Positions 38,988 through 48,980 of a DNA stretch of 61,641 nucleotides are shown in pieces. A program made the position numbers and the translations under genes. The notes under the pieces are model-generated. The model saw nothing but the letters and a program-made list of their open reading frames with translations. It was not told the origin of the DNA and did not search any database. The stretch comes from a virus. How positions within the stretch are numbered: the first letter of the stretch is position 1; each line of letters starts with the position of its first letter. Location: IMG/VR virus record IMGVR_UViG_3300020182_000008, positions 104,628-166,268 of that record, one strand, 5' to 3'.

Positions 38988-41732
38988 ATGAAATCATACG
39001 GTATAGCAATGGTAGCCGGTACCTTAGCGATGGATGGAAATGCATCCTCTAATCTATCCGGATCATTTACGGGATCTTTTTCAGGTAGTACAACAGATGA
39101 GTTTTATGCTTCTGGTGCTTTTAGTGGATCCTATGAAGGTGATGGAGCCTTATTAACGGGAATCGTAGCTACTGATCTAGATATTGATGCCTTTGGAGAT
39201 GATTTAACCGGTACTACCATTACGGGGGCAGATAGACTAATTGTATCCGATGCTTCAGAAGGAGGTTCTGAAGGTAGAATGAATATATCCCAGTTAGCCC
39301 CAGCTTTAGTTGGAGCGGGTTTAGATGCAAGTCAAGGTAGTCTTAGAATTAATGCTACTGCAGCAGGAAATGGATTATCTGGAGGTGATGGTTCAGCTTT
39401 AGCAGTAAATGTAGATGATTCTTCTATTGAAATTGATACGGATTCATTAAGAGTTAAAGCAAGTGGTATTACCAATGCTATGTTAAATGGTTCAATTGCT
39501 AATGATAAACTAGCAAATGATGGTATTACTATTGCAGGAGTTGATACTTCACTAGGTGGAACCATTACCGCAGATACAATTGCAGGTCAAATCTCTGCTG
39601 ATACAATCACAAACTCTCAACTAGCTAATGATAACATCACAATTGCTGGTGCTTCAACTGCACTAGGGGGCACTATTACCGCAGATACAATTGCAGGAGC
39701 AATTTCCAATGATACTATTACTAATGCACAATTAGCAAATGATTCTATAACAATTAATGGAACTTCTACTGCATTAGGTACTTCTTATAGTGTAACAAAA
39801 GCAGATGTAGGATTAGGAAATGCAGATAACACATCAGATGCTAGTAAACCAGTATCAACTGCTACTCAAACTGCATTAGACCTAAAAGCACCATTAGCTT
39901 CACCAACATTTACTGGAACAGTAAGTGGTGTAACTAAAGCACACGTAGGACTTGGAAACGTTGATAACACTGCAGATTCTGCTAAACCAGTATCTACTGC
40001 ACAACAAACCGCATTGAACTTGAAAGCTAATTTAGCTTCTCCAACATTTACTGGAACTGTTATAGCACCAACACCTTCAAATGGTGATGATTCTACTAAA
40101 GTTGCTACTACTGCATTTGTAATGCAAGAAGTATCTGATTTATTAGGTGGTGCACCAGCAGCGTATGATACATTAATTGAACTCTCTGCTTCTCTTGCAA
40201 ATGGAGATTCTGATGTGGTTGCTTTAACAGCTGAAGTAGCTACTAAAGCTACAAAAGCAAATAACTTAAGTGATTTAACTAACGCATCTACAGCAAGAAC
40301 AAACTTAGGGTTAGGTTCAATTGCAACATTAAGTAGTATTGACATTTCAACTAATACAAACTTAGCTGCTAGTACAGGTATTACCTTAACAGGAGATACA
40401 TTAACAACAAATGATGGACAAATTGTTCACGATAATTTAAGTGGATTTGTAGCAGATGAACATATTGCCCATAGTGGGGTAACACTAACAGCAGGAAATG
40501 GTTTAACAGGAGGAGGTACTATAGCTGCAAGTAGAACATTTGCAGTAGGAGCAGGTACACTTATAGATGTAGCAGCAGATACCGTAAATGTAGATCTATC
40601 AGAACTATCAACTTCAACAACTAATGGGGATGGAGATTATTTTGTAGTAGTAGATACATCAAATGCTCAAAGAAAATTAACAAAAGCAAATATTGCTTTA
40701 TCTGAATTTAATAACGATTCTGGATGGACATCGAATGTAGGAGACATTACAGGTGTAACAGCAGGTAACGGTTTAACAGGAGGTGGCTCATCAGGAGCTG
40801 TAACAGTTAATGTTGTTGCGGGTACAGGTATTAGTGTTGCTGCAGATTCAGTGTCTACAAATGATGGGCAAATTGTCCACGATAACTTATCAGGATTTGT
40901 AGCTAACGAACACATTGATCACTCTGGAGTATCAATTACCGCAGGTAATGGTTTAACAGGTGGTGGTACAATTAATTCTACTAGAACATTAAACATTGGT
41001 GAAGGAACAGGTATCACAGTCGCAGCAGACACTATATCTACAAATGATGGAGAAATTGTCCACGATAACTTATCAGGATTTGTAGCTAACGAACACATTG
41101 ATCACTCTGGAGTATCAATTACCGCAGGTAATGGTTTAACAGGTGGTGGTACAATTAATTCTACTAGAACATTAAACATTGGAGCTGGTACAGGTATTGA
41201 TGTAGCAGCGGATGCTATTTCAGTAGACGTATCAGATTTTATGTCTAATGGTGCAAATAATCGTATTCTTACAGCAACTGGTACGGATGCAATGAATGCT
41301 GAAGCAAACCTAACATTTGATGGTACAACTTTTCTAGTTTCTGCTGCAAAATCCCGAACAGATGGTCTTGGGGTAGGTATTGCACCATCATCAACTGTAG
41401 GGGTAATTCAAGCTTCAAATGATGTTATAGCATTCGCTTCTTCAGATGAAAGATTAAAAGAAAACGTAACATCTATTGAAAGTGCTTTAAATAAAGTAGA
41501 ATCTTTAAGAGGTGTTGAATTTGATTGGATCGCTAATAAAGAAATCCACCCTAACGAGGGACATGATTTAGGAGTAATTGCTCAAGAAGTTGAAGCAGTG
41601 CTACCAGAATTAGTTCAAACTAGAGAAAACGGATATAAAGCAGTTAAATACGATAAATTAACAGCCGTATTAATTGAGGCAGTAAAAGAATTATCTGCTA
41701 GAGTAAAAACTTTAGAAGGATATCATAATTAA
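38988..41732 (+). CDS. Long tail fibre with C-terminal peptidase S74 chaperone
   Basis: KADVGLGNVDNT repeats, AGNGLTGGG repeats, SSDERLK...FDW...GVIAQEVE. Confidence 0.88.
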   Translation: MKSYGIAMVAGTLAMDGNASSNLSGSFTGSFSGSTTDEFYASGAFSGSYEGDGALLTGIVATDLDIDAFGDDLTGTTITGADRLIVSDASEGGSEGRMNISQLAPALVGAGLDASQGSLRINATAAGNGLSGGDGSALAVNVDDSSIEIDTDSLRVKASGITNAMLNGSIANDKLANDGITIAGVDTSLGGTITADTIAGQISADTITNSQLANDNITIAGASTALGGTITADTIAGAISNDTITNAQLANDSITINGTSTALGTSYSVTKADVGLGNADNTSDASKPVSTATQTALDLKAPLASPTFTGTVSGVTKAHVGLGNVDNTADSAKPVSTAQQTALNLKANLASPTFTGTVIAPTPSNGDDSTKVATTAFVMQEVSDLLGGAPAAYDTLIELSASLANGDSDVVALTAEVATKATKANNLSDLTNASTARTNLGLGSIATLSSIDISTNTNLAASTGITLTGDTLTTNDGQIVHDNLSGFVADEHIAHSGVTLTAGNGLTGGGTIAASRTFAVGAGTLIDVAADTVNVDLSELSTSTTNGDGDYFVVVDTSNAQRKLTKANIALSEFNNDSGWTSNVGDITGVTAGNGLTGGGSSGAVTVNVVAGTGISVAADSVSTNDGQIVHDNLSGFVANEHIDHSGVSITAGNGLTGGGTINSTRTLNIGEGTGITVAADTISTNDGEIVHDNLSGFVANEHIDHSGVSITAGNGLTGGGTINSTRTLNIGAGTGIDVAADAISVDVSDFMSNGANNRILTATGTDAMNAEANLTFDGTTFLVSAAKSRTDGLGVGIAPSSTVGVIQASNDVIAFASSDERLKENVTSIESALNKVESLRGVEFDWIANKEIHPNEGHDLGVIAQEVEAVLPELVQTRENGYKAVKYDKLTAVLIEAVKELSARVKTLEGYHN
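40870..41182 (+). repeat. Exact 130-bp direct repeat (40870-40999 and 41053-41182)
   Basis: Identical including third codon positions; 183-nt period. Confidence 0.85.
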
Positions 41733-41748
41733 AATAAATTTATAAAAA

Positions 41749-42174
41749 ATGGCATTAACCGGAACATTTGAAACTTATACCCCTGTCTTCTCAGAAACAG
41801 AATATACTTATACTTCTTTATCAGTACCTAATGATATTAGTGTAGATGATCCTTATTATGTTCATAGAGGAACTACTATTATACAATCTCAATCTGCGGT
41901 AGAATCTGTAGAAACTTCTTCTGTTAGTGGATATATAAGTGTTTACCAATTCACATCTTTTAAATCTGAAATTACAGGTGATACATATGACTCCTTAGCA
42001 GTTTGGTATAATGTTTATAATAATGAAGCCTCTAGAAGTGCTGATTGGAATAATTGGTCATCTCAAGGAGAAATAACTTTTTCAACAACTTTAGCCCCTG
42101 AAGATGATGTAAGATCAAAGGGATATGAATTACTTAAATCTCAAGACGGATGGGGTAATTTAACAGACGCATAA
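41749..42174 (+). CDS. Hypothetical fibre-associated protein
   Basis: 141-aa ORF following the S74 fibre gene. Confidence 0.65.
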   Translation: MALTGTFETYTPVFSETEYTYTSLSVPNDISVDDPYYVHRGTTIIQSQSAVESVETSSVSGYISVYQFTSFKSEITGDTYDSLAVWYNVYNNEASRSADWNNWSSQGEITFSTTLAPEDDVRSKGYELLKSQDGWGNLTDA

Positions 42175-42193
42175 TAAATAAAACTAAAATAAA

Positions 42194-42958
42194 ATGGCAG
42201 TACCAAGTTCAGGACAGTTAGGATTATACGAAGATATTTTTACAGCTTTTAATGAACATTCTCAAGGAGATAATTCATTGCACAATGCTTCCACATACGC
42301 CGGGTTTTCTACCCCAGACGCTATGTCTGATTTTTATGGGTATGTAGATGCAGTTGCACCTTCAGTTACAACAAATGCTGCTACTAGTGTTGGAAGTACT
42401 AGTATGACAATAAATGGTAATGTAACTAGCGATGGTGGTGGAACAATTACAGAAAGGGGATTCTATTTTGGAACCTCTACTACTGCTACCAGTAATACAA
42501 AATATGTAGTATCAGGCACCACAGGAGCTTTTTCAAATAGTAGAGGAGGATTATCAGCTGGTACTTTATATAGAATATTTGCCTTTGCAACTAATGTTGC
42601 AGGAACCACAATAGCTGGTAGAGTTGATCAATATACTACATTTACAGCTACTTTTTCCCCATCATCCTTTTATGTAAGAATAGGAGGATATCATACTGAT
42701 AGACACTATTGGTATAATCCAACTTCAGGATGGGTAAATAATTCTACTACTACTAGAAGGCATGCTAACCATGGTGGAGTAACTGTTCAATCTGCAACTA
42801 ATACCCCTAATTTAGGACAAGGTCAACTTACAAATCATCCCCAAGCCCAAGGTGGATCACCATTTGCATGGGGATGTGTGAATAGAAATAAAACACAACT
42901 TTTTTCCACTCAATTTATCTATAATGGTCAAACTAGAGGAGGTACTTACTCTTGGTAG
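42194..42958 (+). CDS. Putative fibre tip/adhesin with FN3-like domain
   Basis: MAVPSSG...MSDFYG N-motif; PSVTT...GNVTSDGG..ITERG...FATN.AG domain. Confidence 0.65.
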   Translation: MAVPSSGQLGLYEDIFTAFNEHSQGDNSLHNASTYAGFSTPDAMSDFYGYVDAVAPSVTTNAATSVGSTSMTINGNVTSDGGGTITERGFYFGTSTTATSNTKYVVSGTTGAFSNSRGGLSAGTLYRIFAFATNVAGTTIAGRVDQYTTFTATFSPSSFYVRIGGYHTDRHYWYNPTSGWVNNSTTTRRHANHGGVTVQSATNTPNLGQGQLTNHPQAQGGSPFAWGCVNRNKTQLFSTQFIYNGQTRGGTYSW

Positions 42959-42977
42959 TTTATTAAATAGTAAAAAT

Positions 42978-43003
42978 AGGGAACGCTTGCGTTCCCTTTT
43001 TTT
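42978..43003 (+). terminator. Intrinsic terminator ending the fibre cluster
   Basis: AGGGAACGC / GCGTTCCCT inverted repeat followed by a T run. Confidence 0.88.
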
Positions 43004-43054
43004 GTTCTCGTATATATTTTAAATATTTATATTAAATAATTAATTAAATTCGTT

Positions 43055-43312
43055 ATGGCAATAAAACAAACAAAGGTAACAGAGGAGGAATTAAAGGAAC
43101 TAGAAAACTTTCAACAAAACATTAACGTTATAACATACCAATTAGGACAGTTAGCGTTAAGAAAGTTAAATTTAGAAAAAGAAGAAGAAAATTTGGAAAT
43201 ACGATATGACCAAATACTTCTACAAGAAAAAGAATTGGGCGATCGTTTAAAAGAAAAATATGGTAGTGCCCAAATCGATTTAAAAACAGGTGAGATCATA
43301 CAATCGGAATAA
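43055..43312 (+). CDS. Small coiled-coil protein
   Basis: Heptads; C-terminal KYG...IDLKTGE. Confidence 0.7.
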   Translation: MAIKQTKVTEEELKELENFQQNINVITYQLGQLALRKLNLEKEEENLEIRYDQILLQEKELGDRLKEKYGSAQIDLKTGEIIQSE

Positions 43313-43363
43313 TGTTTTTGAACTCCCCTTACATATTTATCATTGATAAAATAACTAATAACA

Positions 43364-45100
43364 ATGGCTGAAACTTTATTATCCCCAGGAGTATTAACAC
43401 GTGAGAACGATCAATCACTAGTTACTCAAGGACCTATTGTTGCAGGTTTGGCTTTAGTAGGCCCAACTGTAAAAGGACCTGTTAATGTTCCAACAGTAGT
43501 TACTTCATATAGTGACTTCAAAAATAAATTTGGTGGTGCATTCGAAAGTGCTAGTATTCGATATGAATATTTAACTTCAATCGCTGTAAACAATTACTTC
43601 CAACAAGGTGGTGAGACTGCTTTAATAACTAGAGTTGCATCTGGTTCTTACACTCCCTCAACCGCTGACGTTAGAGCAATTATGCATGCTGATTCTTCTT
43701 CATTCACATTAGAGACAATTTCTCAAGGTGAAATCATGAACAACTCAGGTAGTGTATCTACAAGTGGTTCATTAGTAAGTGGTTCAGGTGATAACGTACG
43801 TTGGGAAATTGCAGGAATTGATTCAGGAAGTGGTACGTTTAATCTACTAGTTCGTGGTGGAAATGACAATTCTAAATCAAAAACAATATTAGAAAGCTGG
43901 AATGATTTATCATTAGATCCAAATTCAGACAACTATATCGAAGCTGTAATTGGTAACCAAACAAGAAACTTCGATACCGATAGTGATGGTAATCAATTTA
44001 TCCAAACAACTGGATCTTACGTTAATAACAGCCGTTACGTAAGAGTATCTTCAGTAGGGTTACCAACATTAAACTACTTAGATAACGACGGAAACTTTAA
44101 AGCAGAATACACTTCATCTCTACCACAAGTAGGAAGTGGATCTTTAGAAGGAGCATTTGCAAATGGTACTGGTAAAATTTATGGAGATGGTGCTAATGCA
44201 AACACTAGATTAAAAATGTTTGATGAAATTGATGTTTCATCTATCCAAGGTCTAGAACCATCTCACTATACAGCCTCACTAGCTCTTCTACAAAATCAAG
44301 ACGAATACGATTATGAAATCTTATCTATTCCCGGTGTAACAATTCAAAACGGATTAGTTGCTGTAAATACAGCGATTGATACGGTTACAGAAAGAGGAGA
44401 TGCGATTGCCGTAGTTGATACAAGAAATTATGGTTCAACACTTAACCAAGCCGTAACTTCCGCTGGAGCTGTTGATTCAAGCTACGCTGCTACATACTGG
44501 CCTTGGGTTCAAGTACAATCAGGTGAAACTGGAAAACTAGTTTGGGCACCTGCTTCTACAGTAATTCCTGGAGTATATGCTACTAACGATAGATTAGGAG
44601 CTGAATGGTTCGCACCTGCTGGATTTAACAGAGGTGGTGTAGGTGGTGTAATCCAAGCTGAAAGAAAATTATCACCAGCTGATCGTGATAAACTGTATTT
44701 AGCTAAAGTTAACCCATTAGCTACATTCCCAGGAAATGGAACAGTAGCATTTGGACAGAAAACATTACAAACTAAAGCAACTGCCTTAGATAGAGTAAAT
44801 GTAAGAAGATTGTTAATTGAATTGAAACGTACTATTGGAAACATTGGTAAAACGTTACTATTCGAACAAAACACAGCTGCAACTAGAAATAGATTTTTAT
44901 CACAAGTTAACCCATATCTAGAATCAATACAACAACGTCAAGGATTGTACACTTATAGAGTGGTAATGGATGATACAAACAACACAGCTGATGTGATTGA
45001 CAGAAATCAAATGGTAGGACAAATATTCATCCAACCAACTAAAACAGCTGAATATATAATCTTAGACTTTAATGTAACGCCTACTGGTGTAACATTCTAA
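43364..45100 (+). CDS. gp18: Tail sheath protein (gp18-like)
   Basis: SPGV...E.D, YAATYWPW, WFAPAGFNRG, FGQKTL, DRVNVRRL. Confidence 0.96.
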   Translation: MAETLLSPGVLTRENDQSLVTQGPIVAGLALVGPTVKGPVNVPTVVTSYSDFKNKFGGAFESASIRYEYLTSIAVNNYFQQGGETALITRVASGSYTPSTADVRAIMHADSSSFTLETISQGEIMNNSGSVSTSGSLVSGSGDNVRWEIAGIDSGSGTFNLLVRGGNDNSKSKTILESWNDLSLDPNSDNYIEAVIGNQTRNFDTDSDGNQFIQTTGSYVNNSRYVRVSSVGLPTLNYLDNDGNFKAEYTSSLPQVGSGSLEGAFANGTGKIYGDGANANTRLKMFDEIDVSSIQGLEPSHYTASLALLQNQDEYDYEILSIPGVTIQNGLVAVNTAIDTVTERGDAIAVVDTRNYGSTLNQAVTSAGAVDSSYAATYWPWVQVQSGETGKLVWAPASTVIPGVYATNDRLGAEWFAPAGFNRGGVGGVIQAERKLSPADRDKLYLAKVNPLATFPGNGTVAFGQKTLQTKATALDRVNVRRLLIELKRTIGNIGKTLLFEQNTAATRNRFLSQVNPYLESIQQRQGLYTYRVVMDDTNNTADVIDRNQMVGQIFIQPTKTAEYIILDFNVTPTGVTF

Positions 45101-45140
45101 AAGTTTAAAAATACAATATTTATAATAAACATAAATTAAA

Positions 45141-45626
45141 ATGGCAGTATTAGATCCCAATGAAATAATGTTCACCGCCTTTGAACCCAAAGTGCAAAAC
45201 AGGTTCATTCTATATGTAGACGGTATTCCCGCTTACTTAATCAAGAACGCAACTGCACCTGGATTCGACGCTGGTGAAATCACCTTAGATCATATTAACA
45301 CTTACCGTAAAGTAAAAGGTAAAGTTCGTTGGAACGATATGACTTTAGGTTTATATGATCCTGTAACCCCATCAGGAGCTCAAGCCGTAATGGAATGGGC
45401 ACGTTTAGCTCACGAATCAGTAACTGGTCGTGACGGATATTCAGATTTCTACAAGAAAGACTTAACATTAGATATATTAGGTCCTGTAGGAGATGTAGTA
45501 TCAGAATGGGTGATCAAAGGAGCATACGTTAAAACTGCCAGTTTCGGTGAATACGATTGGAGTGCAGATGCTGCTATCAATTTAGATATCACCATTGCAA
45601 TGGATTATTGTATCCTAAACTTCTAA
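45141..45626 (+). CDS. gp19: Tail tube protein (gp19-like)
   Basis: Follows sheath; NRF, KGKVRW, YKKD..L..L, W...GA. Confidence 0.9.
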   Translation: MAVLDPNEIMFTAFEPKVQNRFILYVDGIPAYLIKNATAPGFDAGEITLDHINTYRKVKGKVRWNDMTLGLYDPVTPSGAQAVMEWARLAHESVTGRDGYSDFYKKDLTLDILGPVGDVVSEWVIKGAYVKTASFGEYDWSADAAINLDITIAMDYCILNF

Positions 45627-45654
45627 AAATACCCCAACCCTCCAACCCTGAATT

Positions 45655-45680
45655 AGGTGTTCCATTTGGAACACCTTTTT
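45655..45680 (+). terminator. Intrinsic terminator overlapping a TTG-N20-TATATTTA promoter (45666-45696)
   Basis: AGGTGTTCCA / TGGAACACCT inverted repeat followed by T. Confidence 0.85.
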
Positions 45681-45721
45681 CTATTTCGTATATTTATATA
45701 CACAAATAAGTTATTTATAGT

Positions 45722-46495
45722 ATGGAACAACAAGTTACAGAAAACAAATTTAAATTTCCCACTGAAGTCGTTGAGTTACCATCTAAAGGATTAATATATC
45801 CTAAGGACAACCCACTATCATCCGGCAAGATAGAAATGAAATACATGACAGCTAAGGAAGAAGATATCCTTACCAACCAGAATTATATTTCAAAAGGTAT
45901 AGTGTTGGATAAACTCATTGAATCGCTGATTGTCTCTAAAATTAATTATAGAGATTTAATTACAGGAGATAAAAATGCCTTATTAATAGCATCTCGTGTA
46001 TTAGGTTATGGTAAAGACTATACCTTTAAATCCTTTAATTCTTCAACAAGTCAAATGGAAGATTTTACAATTGATTTAACAACCCTAGAAGATAAACTAT
46101 TAGATCCTAATGATCTTAAAGAAAACGGAGTAAATGAATTTGAATTTACATTACCACATTCAAAAACCACCATTACTTACAAGTTATTAACACATGGTGA
46201 TGAAAAGGATATAGAAAGGGAAATTAAAGGATTACAAAAAATTAATAAAGAAACTTCACCGGAATCCTCAACCCGTTTAAAATACTTAATTACATCAGTA
46301 GATGGTGATAGAGAAAAGAAAACAATTAGAGAATTTGTAGATACCTACTTATTAGCTAGAGATTCTAGGTCTTTGCGTGAAGAAATTAAACGCATAGCCC
46401 CAGATGTAAATTTAATATATACCGGGGAAGATGACGAGGAGGACATCGTTATCCCCATCAATCTTAACTTTTTTTGGCCTGACGCCCGAATATAG
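45722..46495 (+). CDS. Baseplate hub assembly / tail assembly chaperone (gp26-like)
   Basis: VELPSKG..Y, MTAKEEDIL, L.GD...L...R..GYG, C-terminal NFFWP. Confidence 0.8.
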   Translation: MEQQVTENKFKFPTEVVELPSKGLIYPKDNPLSSGKIEMKYMTAKEEDILTNQNYISKGIVLDKLIESLIVSKINYRDLITGDKNALLIASRVLGYGKDYTFKSFNSSTSQMEDFTIDLTTLEDKLLDPNDLKENGVNEFEFTLPHSKTTITYKLLTHGDEKDIEREIKGLQKINKETSPESSTRLKYLITSVDGDREKKTIREFVDTYLLARDSRSLREEIKRIAPDVNLIYTGEDDEEDIVIPINLNFFWPDARI

Positions 46496-46745
46496 GCAAA
46501 ATCTATTTTCTCAAATACATGAAATTGTATTTCATGGTAATGGGGGATATGATTGGCATACCCTATATAATATGCCTATTTGGCTTCGTAATTTTACCTT
46601 TAAAAAAATTGAAGAATATTACGAAAAACAAAACGAAGCTAATGATAAGCAAAATAATATGCTTAAAAATAATAGCAAAGAAATAGCAAGACCTAATATT
46701 AATCCTGCTAATGTATATAATGCATCAGTGCCTACTAAAAAGTAG
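46470..46745 (+). CDS. Frameshift extension of the tail chaperone (GT-like)
   Basis: Overlapping +1-frame ORF crossing the T7 run; Y.MPIWLR.F motif; precedes the tape measure gene. Confidence 0.65.
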   Translation, partial: FFGLTPEYRQNLFSQIHEIVFHGNGGYDWHTLYNMPIWLRNFTFKKIEEYYEKQNEANDKQNNMLKNNSKEIARPNINPANVYNASVPTKK

Positions 46746-46753
46746 GCACTTTT
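46727..46753 (+). terminator. Hairpin/terminator
   Basis: AGTGCCTACT-AAAA-AGTAGGCACT followed by TTT. Confidence 0.75.
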
Positions 46754-46777
46754 CATATTTATATTATATACCCTTAT

Positions 46778-48952
46778 ATGGCTGACGAAGAAGATAATAT
46801 TAAAAAGGAGTTTAGATCTGCAGCAGAAGAAACAGCAGCGGTGTTTGGAAATACCCTAGCTAGTATCTCAGAAGAATATTCTAGAAAATTAAGAGAAGAA
46901 GCAGATAACCTTGATGATTTAGGTAAATCTTTATTAAGAAATTTTAAAAATGATTTAGCTTCTTTAGGTAGATCTAGTTCAGCTTTATTAGATATCCAAA
47001 CTAAATTATTAAATGGTAATTTAAAACAACAAGATATAGCTAAAGCTATTCAATCTATTGATTTAAAAATCAATAAAATTAGAAATGATAGAAATCAACT
47101 TGAACTCGAATTTGGTAAACTTTCTAAAAAACAAGAAGAAGACTTTACTAAAGCATTATCAATTGCCCAGGAACAGAAAAAATCAATTAAAGAACAAGGT
47201 CAAGAATTAGATAATGTTAATAAAAAATTAGGAGTAGCAGGAACTGCTCTAGGAATTGCTGGAGGAATCCTTAAAAAAATATCAGGCACTAATCCTTTTG
47301 AAAATATAGTCTCCTCAGCGGCCGCCGCAAATGCTCAAATTAAACTTAATAATGAAGAATTAAAAGATTCTTTAAACCTTACAGAAGAAAGAAGAGCAGA
47401 ACTTACAAAAGAAAATCAAGATTTAAAATCTCAAACAACTGTTAGAGGTCAAATTGGAAAAAAACTTAAAGAATCCTTAACAGTTACTAACCTAGTAATG
47501 GTAGCGGGTGCCGCTATTTTAAAATCTGCACTTGAATTAAATAAAGTTCAAACTGAATTTAGAAGATTAACAGGAGAATCAGCATCAAATTTTACAAGTT
47601 TTAATGACGCTTTAATTAGTGGTATTGATCAAATTAAAACCCTAACAGCACTAACAGAACAATTTGGGTTTAATGCTAATGCTGCTTTTGATCAAATTAA
47701 TATCCAAGAAGCAGCTGAACTAGAAGTATTACTTGGCCTATCAGCTGAAGAAGCAGGTTTACTAGCATTTAATGCCCAAGTAAGTGGTGAAAATTTAAAA
47801 GATGGAGCTGCTAATGCCTTTAAAGGAGTAAGTCCTTTATTATCTCAAAGAAAAATTTTACAAGAAATTGCTAAAGTTTCTCCTTCTATAGCTATGTCTT
47901 TTGGTAATAGTAATGAAGAACTAGCTAAGGCTGCTTCTAATGCTAAATTATTAGGATTAAATTTAAGCCAAGTAGATAAAATAGCAGGAGGTTTATTAGA
48001 CATAGAACAATCCCTTACAGCTGAATTTGAAGCTGAAGTTATTACTGGAAAACAGTTAAATTTAGAAAGAGCAAGAATGTTTGCTTTAACTAACGATTTA
48101 GCAGGGGTAACAAAAGAATTAACTAAACAGGGTATTACCCAAGAAAGTTTTGCAAAGTCTAATAGAATTGAGCAAGAAGCAGTAGCTGCAGCACTTGGTT
48201 TAAGTAGAGATGAATTATCTAAATCTTTACAAGAACAAGCTATCCTTAGTGGAATGAGTGCTGAAGAAATTAAAGCTAAAGAAATAGCAGATGCTAAAAG
48301 ATTAACAGCACAACAACAACTTAATAAAGCAATAGAAAAAATGACTGTTGCTCTAGCAGGGCCTGTAGAATTAATGGCTAGTTTGCTTAGTAATTCGGTA
48401 GTATTATATACTACTATGGGAATGATTGGAGTTATTATGACCCAGTCTATTTTAGGTAGCATGGTTAAGCTTGGTGCAGCACTAATTCCCGTAATTGCAA
48501 GAATGGGGTTTCTAGTTGGGTTAAGTGTAGCTGATGCTACTGCTAAATTAACAGCTTTGTCTGCTGCTACTTTAGGTATAGGAACCATAGTTGCACTTGC
48601 AGCGGCAGGTGCTGGTATAGCTTATTTATATAATAAAGTAAGTGAAGCTAAGTCACAAGGTGTCAATGATGGTATAGCACCATCCTCAAAAGGTCCATTT
48701 ACTATTACAGATAGCTATGGAGCAACGGCAATCACAGCTAAAGGAGATGGATTAGCAGTATCACCAAACATCAGAAGAGAGGGTAGAAACGATAGTGCCC
48801 CAATCGATTACGAAAAACTAGCAAACGCAATCGCTAAAGGTGCTGAAAGAGGTACTTCACGTGCTACTGTAGTTACAAATTTAGATGGTGATAGAATATC
48901 CACTCGATTACAACCATCACTAGCAGTTAATACTAGAAGATATTCAGTTTAA
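46778..48952 (+). CDS. Tape measure protein
   Basis: Ala/Leu-rich helical protein with hydrophobic C-terminal segments, after tube and chaperones. Confidence 0.85.
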   Translation: MADEEDNIKKEFRSAAEETAAVFGNTLASISEEYSRKLREEADNLDDLGKSLLRNFKNDLASLGRSSSALLDIQTKLLNGNLKQQDIAKAIQSIDLKINKIRNDRNQLELEFGKLSKKQEEDFTKALSIAQEQKKSIKEQGQELDNVNKKLGVAGTALGIAGGILKKISGTNPFENIVSSAAAANAQIKLNNEELKDSLNLTEERRAELTKENQDLKSQTTVRGQIGKKLKESLTVTNLVMVAGAAILKSALELNKVQTEFRRLTGESASNFTSFNDALISGIDQIKTLTALTEQFGFNANAAFDQINIQEAAELEVLLGLSAEEAGLLAFNAQVSGENLKDGAANAFKGVSPLLSQRKILQEIAKVSPSIAMSFGNSNEELAKAASNAKLLGLNLSQVDKIAGGLLDIEQSLTAEFEAEVITGKQLNLERARMFALTNDLAGVTKELTKQGITQESFAKSNRIEQEAVAAALGLSRDELSKSLQEQAILSGMSAEEIKAKEIADAKRLTAQQQLNKAIEKMTVALAGPVELMASLLSNSVVLYTTMGMIGVIMTQSILGSMVKLGAALIPVIARMGFLVGLSVADATAKLTALSAATLGIGTIVALAAAGAGIAYLYNKVSEAKSQGVNDGIAPSSKGPFTITDSYGATAITAKGDGLAVSPNIRREGRNDSAPIDYEKLANAIAKGAERGTSRATVVTNLDGDRISTRLQPSLAVNTRRYSV

Positions 48953-48980
48953 AATATTTATAATAAATAAAATTAAAATT

